A stretch of DNA of 64,000 nt from Leptogorgia sarmentosa (lineage: Eukaryota), in NCBI GenBank assembly GCA_964658305.1, contig OZ210885.1:25110001-25174000 (forward strand). The letters run 5' to 3'. Positions 1 to 9,780 of this stretch are shown in pieces. The notes under the pieces were generated by a model. The model was not told the DNA's origin. It worked only from the letters and a program-made list of their open reading frames with translations, and did not search any database. How positions within the stretch are numbered: the stretch's first letter is position 1; every line of letters starts with the position of its first letter. The position numbers and the translations under genes were made by a program.

Positions 1-137
1 GAACGTTCATTTGGACGTTTGTAGGACGTCAAGCGGAGTCGACAAATAAACGTTCTCACAACGTTCAATTATAATGTTCGCAGAACATAAGTGTAACGTT
101 CGCACAACGTTTTGGGAACGTTCCTGTGCCAGCTGGG
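1..137. mobile_element. Right end of a probable non-autonomous DNA transposon (AACGTT-rich subterminal repeats, ends ...CCAGCTGGG)
   Basis: About 8 AACGTT/GACGT motifs in 125 bp ending in GCCAGCTGGG; the other end lies outside the window. Confidence 0.4.
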
Positions 138-149
138 ATTATATTAGCC

Positions 150-2848
150 ATGAGAAAGAGAAAAAATAGACAGTCTTTGAAACGTTATTTTGTTAAAATC
201 GTCCCTAGTTCATCCATATTGAACATGATAGCCACAAGTTTCAAGCAATATTGTTTTCAGTTTGTTCATATGCACCATATTTTTATGGCTTCATTTCGAT
301 ATTTTAAACTATCTTCTATGAACCGAATCCACAAAAATATCGATACGATAAAGCGCTCTTCGTGTAGTATTTTCTATAGTCAACCAATAGCTTGTAGACA
401 CAACATGCCTCCTAATCAACAGTACAACATATGTCAAAAGACACTTTTGTTATCAGGAGATATTGAAATGAATCCTGGTCCTGTTCAAAACACCAGTTCT
501 CTTTGTAGTATACCACCAAATACAATATTAAAACAAAGGTTGAGATGCTTTCAGTTAAGACCATTGGATGTTGGTGGTGGTGGTGATTGTTTCTTTCGAG
601 CTGTGTCACATCAGTTGTATGGTAACCCTGAACAACACTTAGATGTTAGAGCTGCAGGTGTTCAATATATGAGAGATAATCCTGAGAGATTCATTGAGAG
701 TAATACTGAAAACTCTTGGTTAGGGTATCTGAATATGTCTATGCAGGGGACATGGAGTGATGCTATGATCATACAAGCTGTAGCAGACCAGCTTAAGCTA
801 AGAATTGTTATTGCTGAGACACATGAAAGGTTTCGTGAATATAGCATAATCCAACCAGTATTGGTAACTCAGGAACTAACCACTGTGTATTTGGGCCATA
901 TATCATGGGCATTATGTGTCGACATTGCCATGCCCTTCATTGTTAGGTCCCTCTGATAATCAGTTCAATCTGCCTATAGCATTAGACTCTAGTCAACAAG
1001 CTGAAATAAATATTACTAATGAAAATGTTACCAAAAGAAAAGAAAATCAAACTGTCAATTTAATAAATCAGGTAAAACAATTCAAGAATATGAAAAGACG
1101 GTACATAAACAAAAACAAAACTTGTAGAACACAAAGTCCTAAGTCTAAGCAAATGAGCAAATGTTACTTTAGGAAATACATGAAACAAAGACAAGCAAAT
1201 ATGAGATCCAAACCAAGTGTTCCAAGTAAGCAAAAGAAAACATATATGAAAGAATACATGAGAAAGAAACATGCAGATAAGAGTTTCCAATCAAGAAGAC
1301 CATGTATTACATCTAAGCAAAATAAAAATATGTACATGAAAGAGTATATGAGAAAAAAACGTTCAGATGAGAGTTATCAAACCAGAACACCAACTGTTGC
1401 ATCTAAGCAAAATAAAAATATGTACATGAAAGACTATATGAGAGAGAAACGTGCAGATGAGAGTTTTCAATCCAGAACACCAAGTGTTACATCTAAGCAA
1501 AATAAAAATATGTACATGAAAGAATATATGAGAGAGAAACGTGCAGATCAGAGTTCTCAATCCAGAACACCAAGTATTGCATCTAAGCAAAATAAAAATA
1601 TATACATGAAAGAATATATGAGAGAGAAACGTGCAGATCAGAGTTCTCAATCCAGAACACCAAGTATTGCATCTAAGCAAAATAAAAATATGTACATGAA
1701 AGACTATATGAGAGAGAAACGTGCAGATCAGAGTTGTCAATCCAGAACACCAAGTGTTACATCTAAGCAAAATAAAAATATGTACATGAAAGACTATATG
1801 AGAAAAAAACGTGGACATGAGAATTTCCAGCCTTCAACACCAACTATCGCATCTAAGCAAAGAAAAAAACAATATATGAATGAATATTATATGAAACAAA
1901 AACGTTCTGCGAGTAAGTCATTACAAAGTTTAATATCAAAATTTCATGATATTGTCTCACAAGGTCCAGTATACATTTGCACTTGTTGTGACCAATTATG
2001 GTATAGGCATAGTGTTATCCCAGCTGCAACTCTTAAACAAAATAATCATGATATTGACAAGAAACTTTTGAATAAAAAAAGTTTCGACAATGTTGAATGG
2101 TTGTGTCAAACATGTAATAAGCACTTAAAACAGAATAAAATACCTCCCTGTGCAGCAATAAATGGAATGCAGTTCCCTGAAAAGCCTTTGTTTTTTTATT
2201 TAAATGAATTAGAATGCAGACTACTTGCTCCAAGAATTGCATTTCAAAAATTAATGCAGGCTCCTAGAGGCAGACAACTGAAAATCAATGGAAACATTGT
2301 CAATGTCCCAGCAGATGTTGTTAATACTGTTAGCATGTTGCCAAGGTTACCAAATGAAACCAGCACAATCAAAGTAAACCTTAAGAGAAAGTTACAGTAC
2401 AAAAGTTCCGCTTTGTCACTAAATGTGAGACCAAACAAAGTAGCAGAAGAAGGGAAATGGCTTGTAGATAATGGTAACCTCTAAAAAGAGGAAGGTATAA
2501 CTTTCAATGATGCATGGCTTGAAGATAATTCAAATACCTTGATATTTGATGATGGACCAGAGGGTTCAAAAAATGTTATGGATTGTAATGTAGAATGCTC
2601 AAATTGTGAGGAAAAAAGTAACATCCAGCAAATTTTACCATGTGATGATGATAATGATGATCACTGGAGTGAAGATGAGGCAGAGATACCTGCTGGAGTC
2701 ACTGACACTGTGTTAACTTCTCCAGATTTTGTGACTGAAAATGAATGTCAGTTTATTTTAAATCTTGCACCTGGCGAGGGTAATAGGCCTTTGAGCATAT
2801 TTAGAGATAGATATTCAGAAGAATTAGCATACCCTGGCATATTTCTTG
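150..2848 (+). pseudogene. Helentron polyprotein N-terminal part: 2A-like peptide, OTU cysteine protease, 30-aa repeats, Cys-rich pre-Rep region
   Basis: LLLSGDIEMNPGP at 444-482; OTU GGGDCFFRAVS...W...HYVS with a frameshift near 900-910; CTCC...CQTC; in-frame TAA at 2482-2484; cut by the MULE after 2848. Confidence 0.85.
1225..1900 (+). repeat. 90-bp (30-aa) coding tandem repeat, 7-8 units
   Basis: ATCTAAGCAA recurs at 1311, 1401, 1491, 1581, 1671, 1761 and 1851; unit about SKQNKNMYMKEYMREKRADQSSQSRTPSIA. Confidence 0.95.
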
Positions 2849-3712
2849 GGTAAGCAATTTATCCCGGGCGCTCTGTGACCCTTGTCTGCGATCTGATATG
2901 TCAGCGGCTCGCCATCACACGCGAGGTTTATGGAAATTTCGGCGCAAGGCGCAAAATATACAACATAGCCGGTGTGATGTCTTCGAGCACCAGCCATGGA
3001 GAAAACCTTACCGAAAGGGAGCTTATGTTTTTAAAAGCACAGTTATGTGATTTTAAGCAGAAAGATAATGTGTGCTACGGATATATTGAGGGTCACGATT
3101 CCAACTTGGAAGAATTTCTCGACAATTACATGTCTTTATCCTCCACGTGCTTTGTCCGTTCCCAATGCCACGACAAGACTAAAGGTGACAAAAGATTTTC
3201 AAGCTCAGGTAAGGCAATCACCAATGGACGAAGTTCTATACCTACAGTATTTACTATTTAGATAAATCATTGTAGTCAGGTGGTGTTGCTAGTAGCCTAA
3301 TTGTTAATGTGGTATTTATTTTAGTTAAATAATAGTATAATTATGAAATACATAAAATGCGGTTATGCAAACAATATTGCGATAACATTATCTTTTCTCT
3401 TTATAGCACAACCTATGTTTGAACACAATGCTGGGAACGTTCCAATATCATTTTTTTCCCATCCATTCACTGTGATTAGCAATGAAACACAGAACTGTAT
3501 TCATGGAACCATAAAGGTACTGTAAATATTAACCTCTTTAATTGGTGGCCACTACACAAAGTTATTTATTTATTAATTAATTATTACTATATTATTATAC
3601 AATTACCATTATCATACAATCTTTAATACAATTTCATATAAGCTTTCTCATTTCTGATTGGCTAATAACAGTGGTATTAAGTTTAAATCCTTTCACTAGA
3701 GGTATTAAAGAT

Positions 3713-4107
3713 CACTGTGACTATTTGACCGGCAGCCGGTCATTAGATTTTGTCACTAAATGACCGGCTGTATTTGTTTTGGAGCCACTGGTATATTGTT
3801 TTATATTTGAGTGATTTCAACGGAGCAAGCTTAGTGTAGTGGTTACATTGCTCGCCTCTCAACCTACAGTCCCGGGTTCGAATCCCGCATCAGACATTTA
3901 TTTTCTTCCATCTTTTTTTTTCTATTATATTGTCCAAGATTTTCATTCTAATGTAGGGAAAGGGTTAGAACTTAGGGTTAGCATTGGGGTTAGGGTTGGG
4001 ATTAGGGTTAGTTTGGGGGTTAAGGTTAGTATTTTCTGTCACTTGACTGGCTGCCGGTCAAATAGTATTTTTTGTAACCCGACCGGCTGCCGGTCAAATA
4101 GTCACAG
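3713..4107. mobile_element. MITE in a MULE intron, with an internal tRNA-like segment and TTAGGG-like repeats
   Basis: About 27-bp TIR CTGTGACTATTTGACCGGCAGCCGGTC; flanking direct repeat GTATTAAAGAT (3702-3712, 4108-4118); A/B boxes 3832-3885; TTAGGG-like tract about 3957-4030. Confidence 0.75.
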
Positions 4108-5197
4108 GTATTAAAGATAATCAATACCACATGTGGTATTTTCTCCTTAATACAATTTCAATCAATTTGAGTATAACTATAATTTGGCAATTTTCAGGAT
4201 GCTAGAGGAGGAAAAAAACAAAGAGAAGACTCAGAACATGACTACAAGAAAGGTTCTGGGGGTTATATAAAGGTGCAAGGTACTAGAAAACTTGACTGTC
4301 CTGCAACCATACAAATCCGTGCTGTGCAAATATTTACGGAGTATAAAGTTGGAGAAACAACCTCAAAAAAAGCACTTAGGAAGTCTAAGGAAGGAGTGTT
4401 GCAACAGCTTCGTGATGACTTTGAGCAAAACAAAAGCATGGTCAGTGTGATGCGCTATTATATAAAAATCCCATTGATGATGGAGCACAAATCTCATCCT
4501 GTAGGACACACAGCTACAGTTGGCCACTATGTGGATGGAAAGGTGATCGACAAAATCCATGAGCTAGTGGCATCTAACATCACCAGTCCTGTGATGGTTA
4601 GTAAGTGTTTGGAACAATATGTAGAGAAAGAACTTTTTGGTACGAGCAGCCAAAAACCAAGCAAGGCTAACCGTAGATACTATCCCAGCAAGCACTCATG
4701 TGAGTAAGTACTCATGTGATGACCAGGAGTCATTAAAAAAGAAAGTGGAGGAGTGGGAAAAGGCTACACCAAAATCCAACTATTTTGTGAGGACACGAGA
4801 TGAAGTTACTGTTAATGGTGTGACTAAGGAAAACAAGTTTCTTTTTGTGCACCAGGAAGAATGGCAAAGAAAGCTGCTGTTAGGATATGGCGGAGAGCTT
4901 GTTTTAATGGATGCTACTTACAAGATGACAAAGTATGCAATTCCACTATTCTTCGTCTGCGTTCATGGGAACACTGGCTACACGGTCATAGCTGAGTTTT
5001 TATGCCAGAATGAAGATTCAGCAAGCATCCAGGAGGCACTGGCAATTTTGAAGGCATGGAATCCCTGCTGGAACCCCAAATATTTTATGGTGGACTATTC
5101 TCAATGCTCGTAATGATATGCGAACAACAAATTAAGGACAAACAAAGGTATTATCAAGCATAATGGAATAGATTATGCGCATGGATGGGTAACAGAG

Positions 5198-5207
5198 CTA
5201 TAAAAGG
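5198..5207 (+). promoter_or_regulatory. Candidate TATA box of the YR retroelement
   Basis: CTATAAAAGG about 100 bp inside the left end and about 100 bp upstream of the ATG at 5302. Confidence 0.45.
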
Positions 5208-5301
5208 TGGAAAACGCCATGAACTCGGCTCTTGTTCAGTTACACGATTGAAAGCAAGTGGCGATCTTTTGGAAGCAAGTGCACGACTCACCCGAATTCT
5301 T

Positions 5302-5436
5302 ATGGCCGAAGAACAAGTTCAGTTCCCTCAGGAACCCGTACACGAACCAATGGAGGCTCAAATCGAACCAGCCGATCCCGCGCCGCTGGTGGAAAATCCA
5401 AATGACGCCCCAATGCCAACCGACAATGACTTGGAG
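5302..5436 (+). CDS. Predicted shared leader exon (45 aa, acidic/Pro-rich) of the YR retroelement
   Basis: ATG at 5302; MAEEQVQFPQEP...DNDLE ends at GAG|GTAATT, a phase-0 donor. Confidence 0.6.
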
Positions 5437-5890
5437 GTAATTACAATCCTTGTTCTGCATTCTTGTCATCTCAGACCTTTGTTATTTTACTGCCTCACAT
5501 CGGCTCCCTCTGCGTCGTGTTACGCTCACCAGCCTTCTCGTTCGCTGGATTCTCGCTGCATATCACGGTTCGCCCGATATATAGGTTTTCATGCTATTTA
5601 TTGTATTTGTCTTGGATAATTTCGTTGTTTCAGCATGGCCTGTCCCGTGGATTCGGGTGAAGTTCTGCATGATTACATCGCGATTAGTTGCTTTTGTGCC
5701 CACTCATGCCGTGTTAGTGATTGCCACATCGGCTGTAGTTTCGGGTTTAGTTACCGACCCTGGTGATTATGTGTTTCTCCTGTAGTTTGCCGCAGAGGTT
5801 CGCGATCCCGCCTATATTGCTATGGGCCGAGAGAACATGAAGTCTAGGCATACTTATTTGTTAGGAACGCGCCTACCTTTCTGTGCTATG

Positions 5891-6420
5891 GGCGAGATTT
5901 CGCCAGGATTGAGTTCACGGCGGTTAATATCGGCCAGGTTTCGCCAGATCACAGTGGTTTATACTGTGGGTGAGATTTCGCCAGAGACGCTGTGCTTGTA
6001 GTGCGGTGCTTTGGCCCGAGTTGACACAGTCGTTCACTAGGCGCGAGATTTCGTGAGCGACAATTACATGTTATATGGGCGAGATTTCGCCACACAGTAA
6101 TTATAGTGGTTGATCTGGGCGAGGTTTCGCCAGGCACGAGTTTACAGTCGTCAATAGGCGCGAGATTTCGCGAGCGACGAGCTTATAGATGCTGTAGGGG
6201 CGAGAGTTTGCCACACAGTAATTACAGTGGTTGATGTGGGCGAGGTTTCGCCAGGCACGAGTTTGCCATCGTCAATAGACGCGAGACTTTGCGAGCGACC
6301 GGCTTATAGATAATGTGGGGGCGAGATTTCGCCACAAAGCAATTACAGATTACAGTGGTTGGCGTGGGCGAGGTTTCGTCACGTACGAGTTTATAGAGGT
6401 TATATGGGCGAGCGTTCGCC
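5891..6420 (+). repeat. Array of 13 palindromic 14-bp motifs (GGCGAGATTTCGCC) at about 40-bp period, with a 121-bp higher-order unit
   Basis: Motif starts at 5891, 5932, 5969, 6042, 6078, 6118, 6159, 6199, 6239, 6280, 6320, 6367 and 6407. Confidence 0.9.
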
Positions 6421-6476
6421 AGAGCGACATTGCGAACCTGTATTTATTGATTGTTTTGTTTGTTTTTTTGGCCTAG

Positions 6477-7166
6477 ACCCTTAAGGCAGAACTCAAGAGT
6501 CTGCGGGAGTCGGTTGAGGTCTTAACCAAAGCGACGGTAGAGAAGGTGATCGCTAAGATATTGAATTACGCTGCGCGTCCTTTATCCGAATTCAACAAAT
6601 TTGAGGCGTTGGATATGGTGGGGAACCTCCATAATGTCTCACACGAGCAGCAACATGCCAAACATGCATATCATCGCATGGTATATCAAACGTTGCGGGG
6701 GGAAATGCCTGTCCAGACGGAGCAGTTTCGTAGTTTGCTCTTACGTTTGTTGGGTGATAAAGACCACAAACGTATTTTTGATATTGTCTCCAAGGTGGAG
6801 AAGCAATTTCAGCGCCGTGCTCGCGTTGGGCCACAGCTTCCCGATTTCAATGCTCGCGCCCGAGTTCCTCCATATCGTCGTAATGCTGGTCGGTGTTTCT
6901 ATTGTCAACGTTTTGGCCACTTTCAAGCCCAGTGCCTTCAAAAGAAACGTGATGTACCGCAAGGCCGGGGCAGCCCGGCAGGTTCCAGCGTACAATCAGT
7001 ACTGCGAAGCTTCTGTCAGTTTGCTGTACCGGCCTCGGCGTATACATATCTAGATTTTGTCAATGGAAATGCGCATATGTTAGATTTGTGTGTAATATTT
7101 ACTTCATTATATTTGGTTTCTCTGCTTTGCTTTTGTTGTTTCCATTTATTGGGTAGCATGTCATAA
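6477..7166 (+). CDS. Gag-like protein with CCHC zinc knuckle (3' exon)
   Basis: T-rich acceptor ...TTTTTTGGCCTAG|ACC, in frame with ORF 6546-7166; CFYCQRFGHFQAQC. Confidence 0.75.
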   Translation, partial: TLKAELKSLRESVEVLTKATVEKVIAKILNYAARPLSEFNKFEALDMVGNLHNVSHEQQHAKHAYHRMVYQTLRGEMPVQTEQFRSLLLRLLGDKDHKRIFDIVSKVEKQFQRRARVGPQLPDFNARARVPPYRRNAGRCFYCQRFGHFQAQCLQKKRDVPQGRGSPAGSSVQSVLRSFCQFAVPASAYTYLDFVNGNAHMLDLCVIFTSLYLVSLLCFCCFHLLGSMS

Positions 7167-7324
7167 GGTGGGGTCCACTCGGTCTTTTCCTGCGGGTCCG
7201 GGGATATGAGCGCTTTGAAACAGGGTATCTCAGTCAGCCCTCCCTGCGTTCGCGGGGTCTTGGCGATCATATCCTTGCCGACCTTTTCTGGGTCAGATCT
7301 GGGGACTTCCTTTGTCTGTTGTAG

Positions 7325-9559
7325 AGACGGGTACCTGCCACTACCGTAAGCGACCGATTTGGGCAACAAGTCCAGGAATCGGTGGCCCAGATGCCTGTCC
7401 TACAATGGATTGATTCTTCTGGCGGCCCCGTGTTGGTCGGTGGGGATATGACGCCCAATCAAGATCTTGTGGCACACGTTTCCCAGGTCGAAAAAGGCCT
7501 GGCGTTGGGAGACGTCACTACTCTAACCTTACGCGATCCACGGACGTTCCATGTGGGGGAACTGCACAATCATGTCGAGTCGTGGACGGCGATGGCATCG
7601 CGCAATCCTTCTCCCGATCAGGTGGAAGTCTTAACGTGGATTAAACATAGGGTCTCGGTTTTCCCCTATTTTCAACATTTCAAAGGGACCTACCAACGAA
7701 TTTCGTATGACTCGGACCGCCCACCGCCTACACAGTTTCCCAATAATAAAATATGTGCCCAGTTTCAGGATTTCATTACCACAACCATTCGGACTCGTGT
7801 TGCGATAGGTGCTTTTGAAGTAGTTGGACGAGTTGGGGTGGTCGAGCCCCCTCATCTCGTTCTCCCCCTCACCGTTGAGCCACGAAAACCTCGTCTTTGT
7901 TACGACGCTCGCTTTCTAAACCTGTGGATGAAGGATCAGCCGTTCAAATTGGACTCCTTGCGCGATCTTCCCCGTTACGTTGGTAAAGATTCCTACCAGA
8001 CCATTCTGGATGACAAATCGGGTTATGATCACATCTTCATGACAGACGAGAGTCGCCCGTATTTTGGCTTTCAATGGGAGGGATGGTATTTTACTTATTG
8101 CACACTTCCCTTTGGCTGGAAAATATCTCCATATGTGTACCATACTACTGGTTTGCTTCCAACAAATTTCTTTCATTCGCTAAGATTACCGTGTCTTTTG
8201 TATATTGATGACCGTCATAATGGACAACTTCAGGTGCCATTAACTGAGGGCGCATACGCTGCATTGGCGACAGATGATGAGCGCCAGTTTGCCGCTGCCA
8301 AATCGGCCATCTTTCTTGTCGTATATTATTTGGTTACTCTCGGTTACTTCCTTGAGCTGAGTAAGTCCATTCTCGTTCCGTCGAGGGTGGTTCCTTACCT
8401 CGGCTTCCGAGCAGATTCCATGCATCAGGCGTTCAGGCTCATCCTCACCAAACGCGATCGTTTTGTCCAGCTCCTACATGAGATGTTGAGAAAACCAAAA
8501 GTCACTGTTCGTGATTTGCAACGTTTAGCGGGAAAATGCATCGCTTTTTCTCTCACCGTTCCAGCGGCCAAGTTATTTACCAGAGAGATGCATTCTGCCA
8601 TTTCTAGACACGTTCGCCCTTTTCCCCTCAACGATGATCTTAAAGCCGAGATAGAGCATTGGTTATTTCTCGACAATTGGGATGAGCCTTTGCCGTGGCG
8701 GGATGAACGACATGTTCGTGTGTCTATGGCGACCGACGCGTCCAATTCGGGCTGGGGCGGACTGATGTTGTCACCCGTTTCTGAACATGTTTCGGATTAC
8801 TGGGTGGGGGCAGAGTGTAAATGGGATATTGCCACCAAGGAAGCTACCGCAATTCATCGAATGTTGTTAGCGCGTCGTGATTCGCTGCGGGACACTCATG
8901 TGGATGTTCATGTTGACAACCAGTCAGTCATCCATGCATGGAATAACGAACGTCCCCGCAGTCCTTCGCTTCTTCAGGCACTCAAACAACTGTTTTTCAC
9001 CACTCTTGACATGAATGTCGTGTTACATCTCGTCTACATTCCAACGCAGGAGAACCCGGCTGATTTACCGTCACGTCGCCTATCGTGCCTCGATAGTCAC
9101 CTAACGCATTCATTATGGAACGTCGTTCAGAGGGACTTCGGGGGCCCTCAAGGGCATACATGTGATTTGATGGCCCTCGACTCCAATGCTATGTCCGATT
9201 TGGCAGGACAGATTCTTCCCCACTTTACGCCATCACCTGGATCGGCAGGAGTCAATTTTTTTGCGCAGAATTTTTCTCAGCACCAGGATATTATGCAGTT
9301 TCCCTATGTTTTCCCTCCCGCGGTGTTAGTGGGTCCGGTTTTGTCTGTCTTGTGCAGCCTCCGTCAGCCCTGCACCATCGTGGTAATCGATGCTTATCCG
9401 AGGCAGTATTGGTGGCCGTTGTTGGTGTCTCGATCCCGCAAGTCACTCAAACTGGCGTTGAAAGACGAATCGGGAGTTCTGTTGGTTCCCTCTAACAACG
9501 GTTGGGTGCCTCATCCGGGTTTACCTGGGGACTTGTGGGTTTTTGCGCTTGAATTCTGA
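7325..9559 (+). CDS. DIRS-type reverse transcriptase-RNase H-adenine methyltransferase-like polyprotein
   Basis: LDDKSGYDH, LPFGW, YIDD; RNase H ATDAS..KEA..VDN..NPAD; C-terminal DLMA...PYVFPP...YWWP; frame opens right after acceptor CTTTGTCTGTTGTAG| at 7324. Confidence 0.9.
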   Translation, partial: RRVPATTVSDRFGQQVQESVAQMPVLQWIDSSGGPVLVGGDMTPNQDLVAHVSQVEKGLALGDVTTLTLRDPRTFHVGELHNHVESWTAMASRNPSPDQVEVLTWIKHRVSVFPYFQHFKGTYQRISYDSDRPPPTQFPNNKICAQFQDFITTTIRTRVAIGAFEVVGRVGVVEPPHLVLPLTVEPRKPRLCYDARFLNLWMKDQPFKLDSLRDLPRYVGKDSYQTILDDKSGYDHIFMTDESRPYFGFQWEGWYFTYCTLPFGWKISPYVYHTTGLLPTNFFHSLRLPCLLYIDDRHNGQLQVPLTEGAYAALATDDERQFAAAKSAIFLVVYYLVTLGYFLELSKSILVPSRVVPYLGFRADSMHQAFRLILTKRDRFVQLLHEMLRKPKVTVRDLQRLAGKCIAFSLTVPAAKLFTREMHSAISRHVRPFPLNDDLKAEIEHWLFLDNWDEPLPWRDERHVRVSMATDASNSGWGGLMLSPVSEHVSDYWVGAECKWDIATKEATAIHRMLLARRDSLRDTHVDVHVDNQSVIHAWNNERPRSPSLLQALKQLFFTTLDMNVVLHLVYIPTQENPADLPSRRLSCLDSHLTHSLWNVVQRDFGGPQGHTCDLMALDSNAMSDLAGQILPHFTPSPGSAGVNFFAQNFSQHQDIMQFPYVFPPAVLVGPVLSVLCSLRQPCTIVVIDAYPRQYWWPLLVSRSRKSLKLALKDESGVLLVPSNNGWVPHPGLPGDLWVFALEF

Positions 9560-9780
9560 TGTCTGCCTGGCTCATGTCTCCCCTCCTAGTATATTGACGG
9601 TGTTAGTGAAATGATGGTCACAGACTGCATGTACATATGTGTATATTGATATCCATAGATACATAGATATATAATTATATACCTGTAATGGTGTGATCCC
9701 TATTAAAATACCAGACGTGTCTCATCAGGTGGTTTGTATCGCTTATAGTTTCTCAGTTTGGCCGTCTGTTATTCTTTTAG

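Noticed and set aside
1363..1818. Minus-strand repetitive ORF
   Set aside because: Antisense shadow of the 90-bp coding repeat.
3825..3895. Functional tRNA gene
   Set aside because: A and B boxes are present but acceptor and anticodon stems do not pair; it lies inside a MITE.
5891..6420. CRISPR array
   Set aside because: Repeats are only 14 bp, linkers are homologous in a 121-bp period, there are no cas genes and the context is eukaryotic; kept as a hairpin array.
6847..6856. TCAATGCTCG inside gag as a DIRS internal complementary region
   Set aside because: Only 10 bp, inside coding sequence and not flanked by the other terminus; probably chance.
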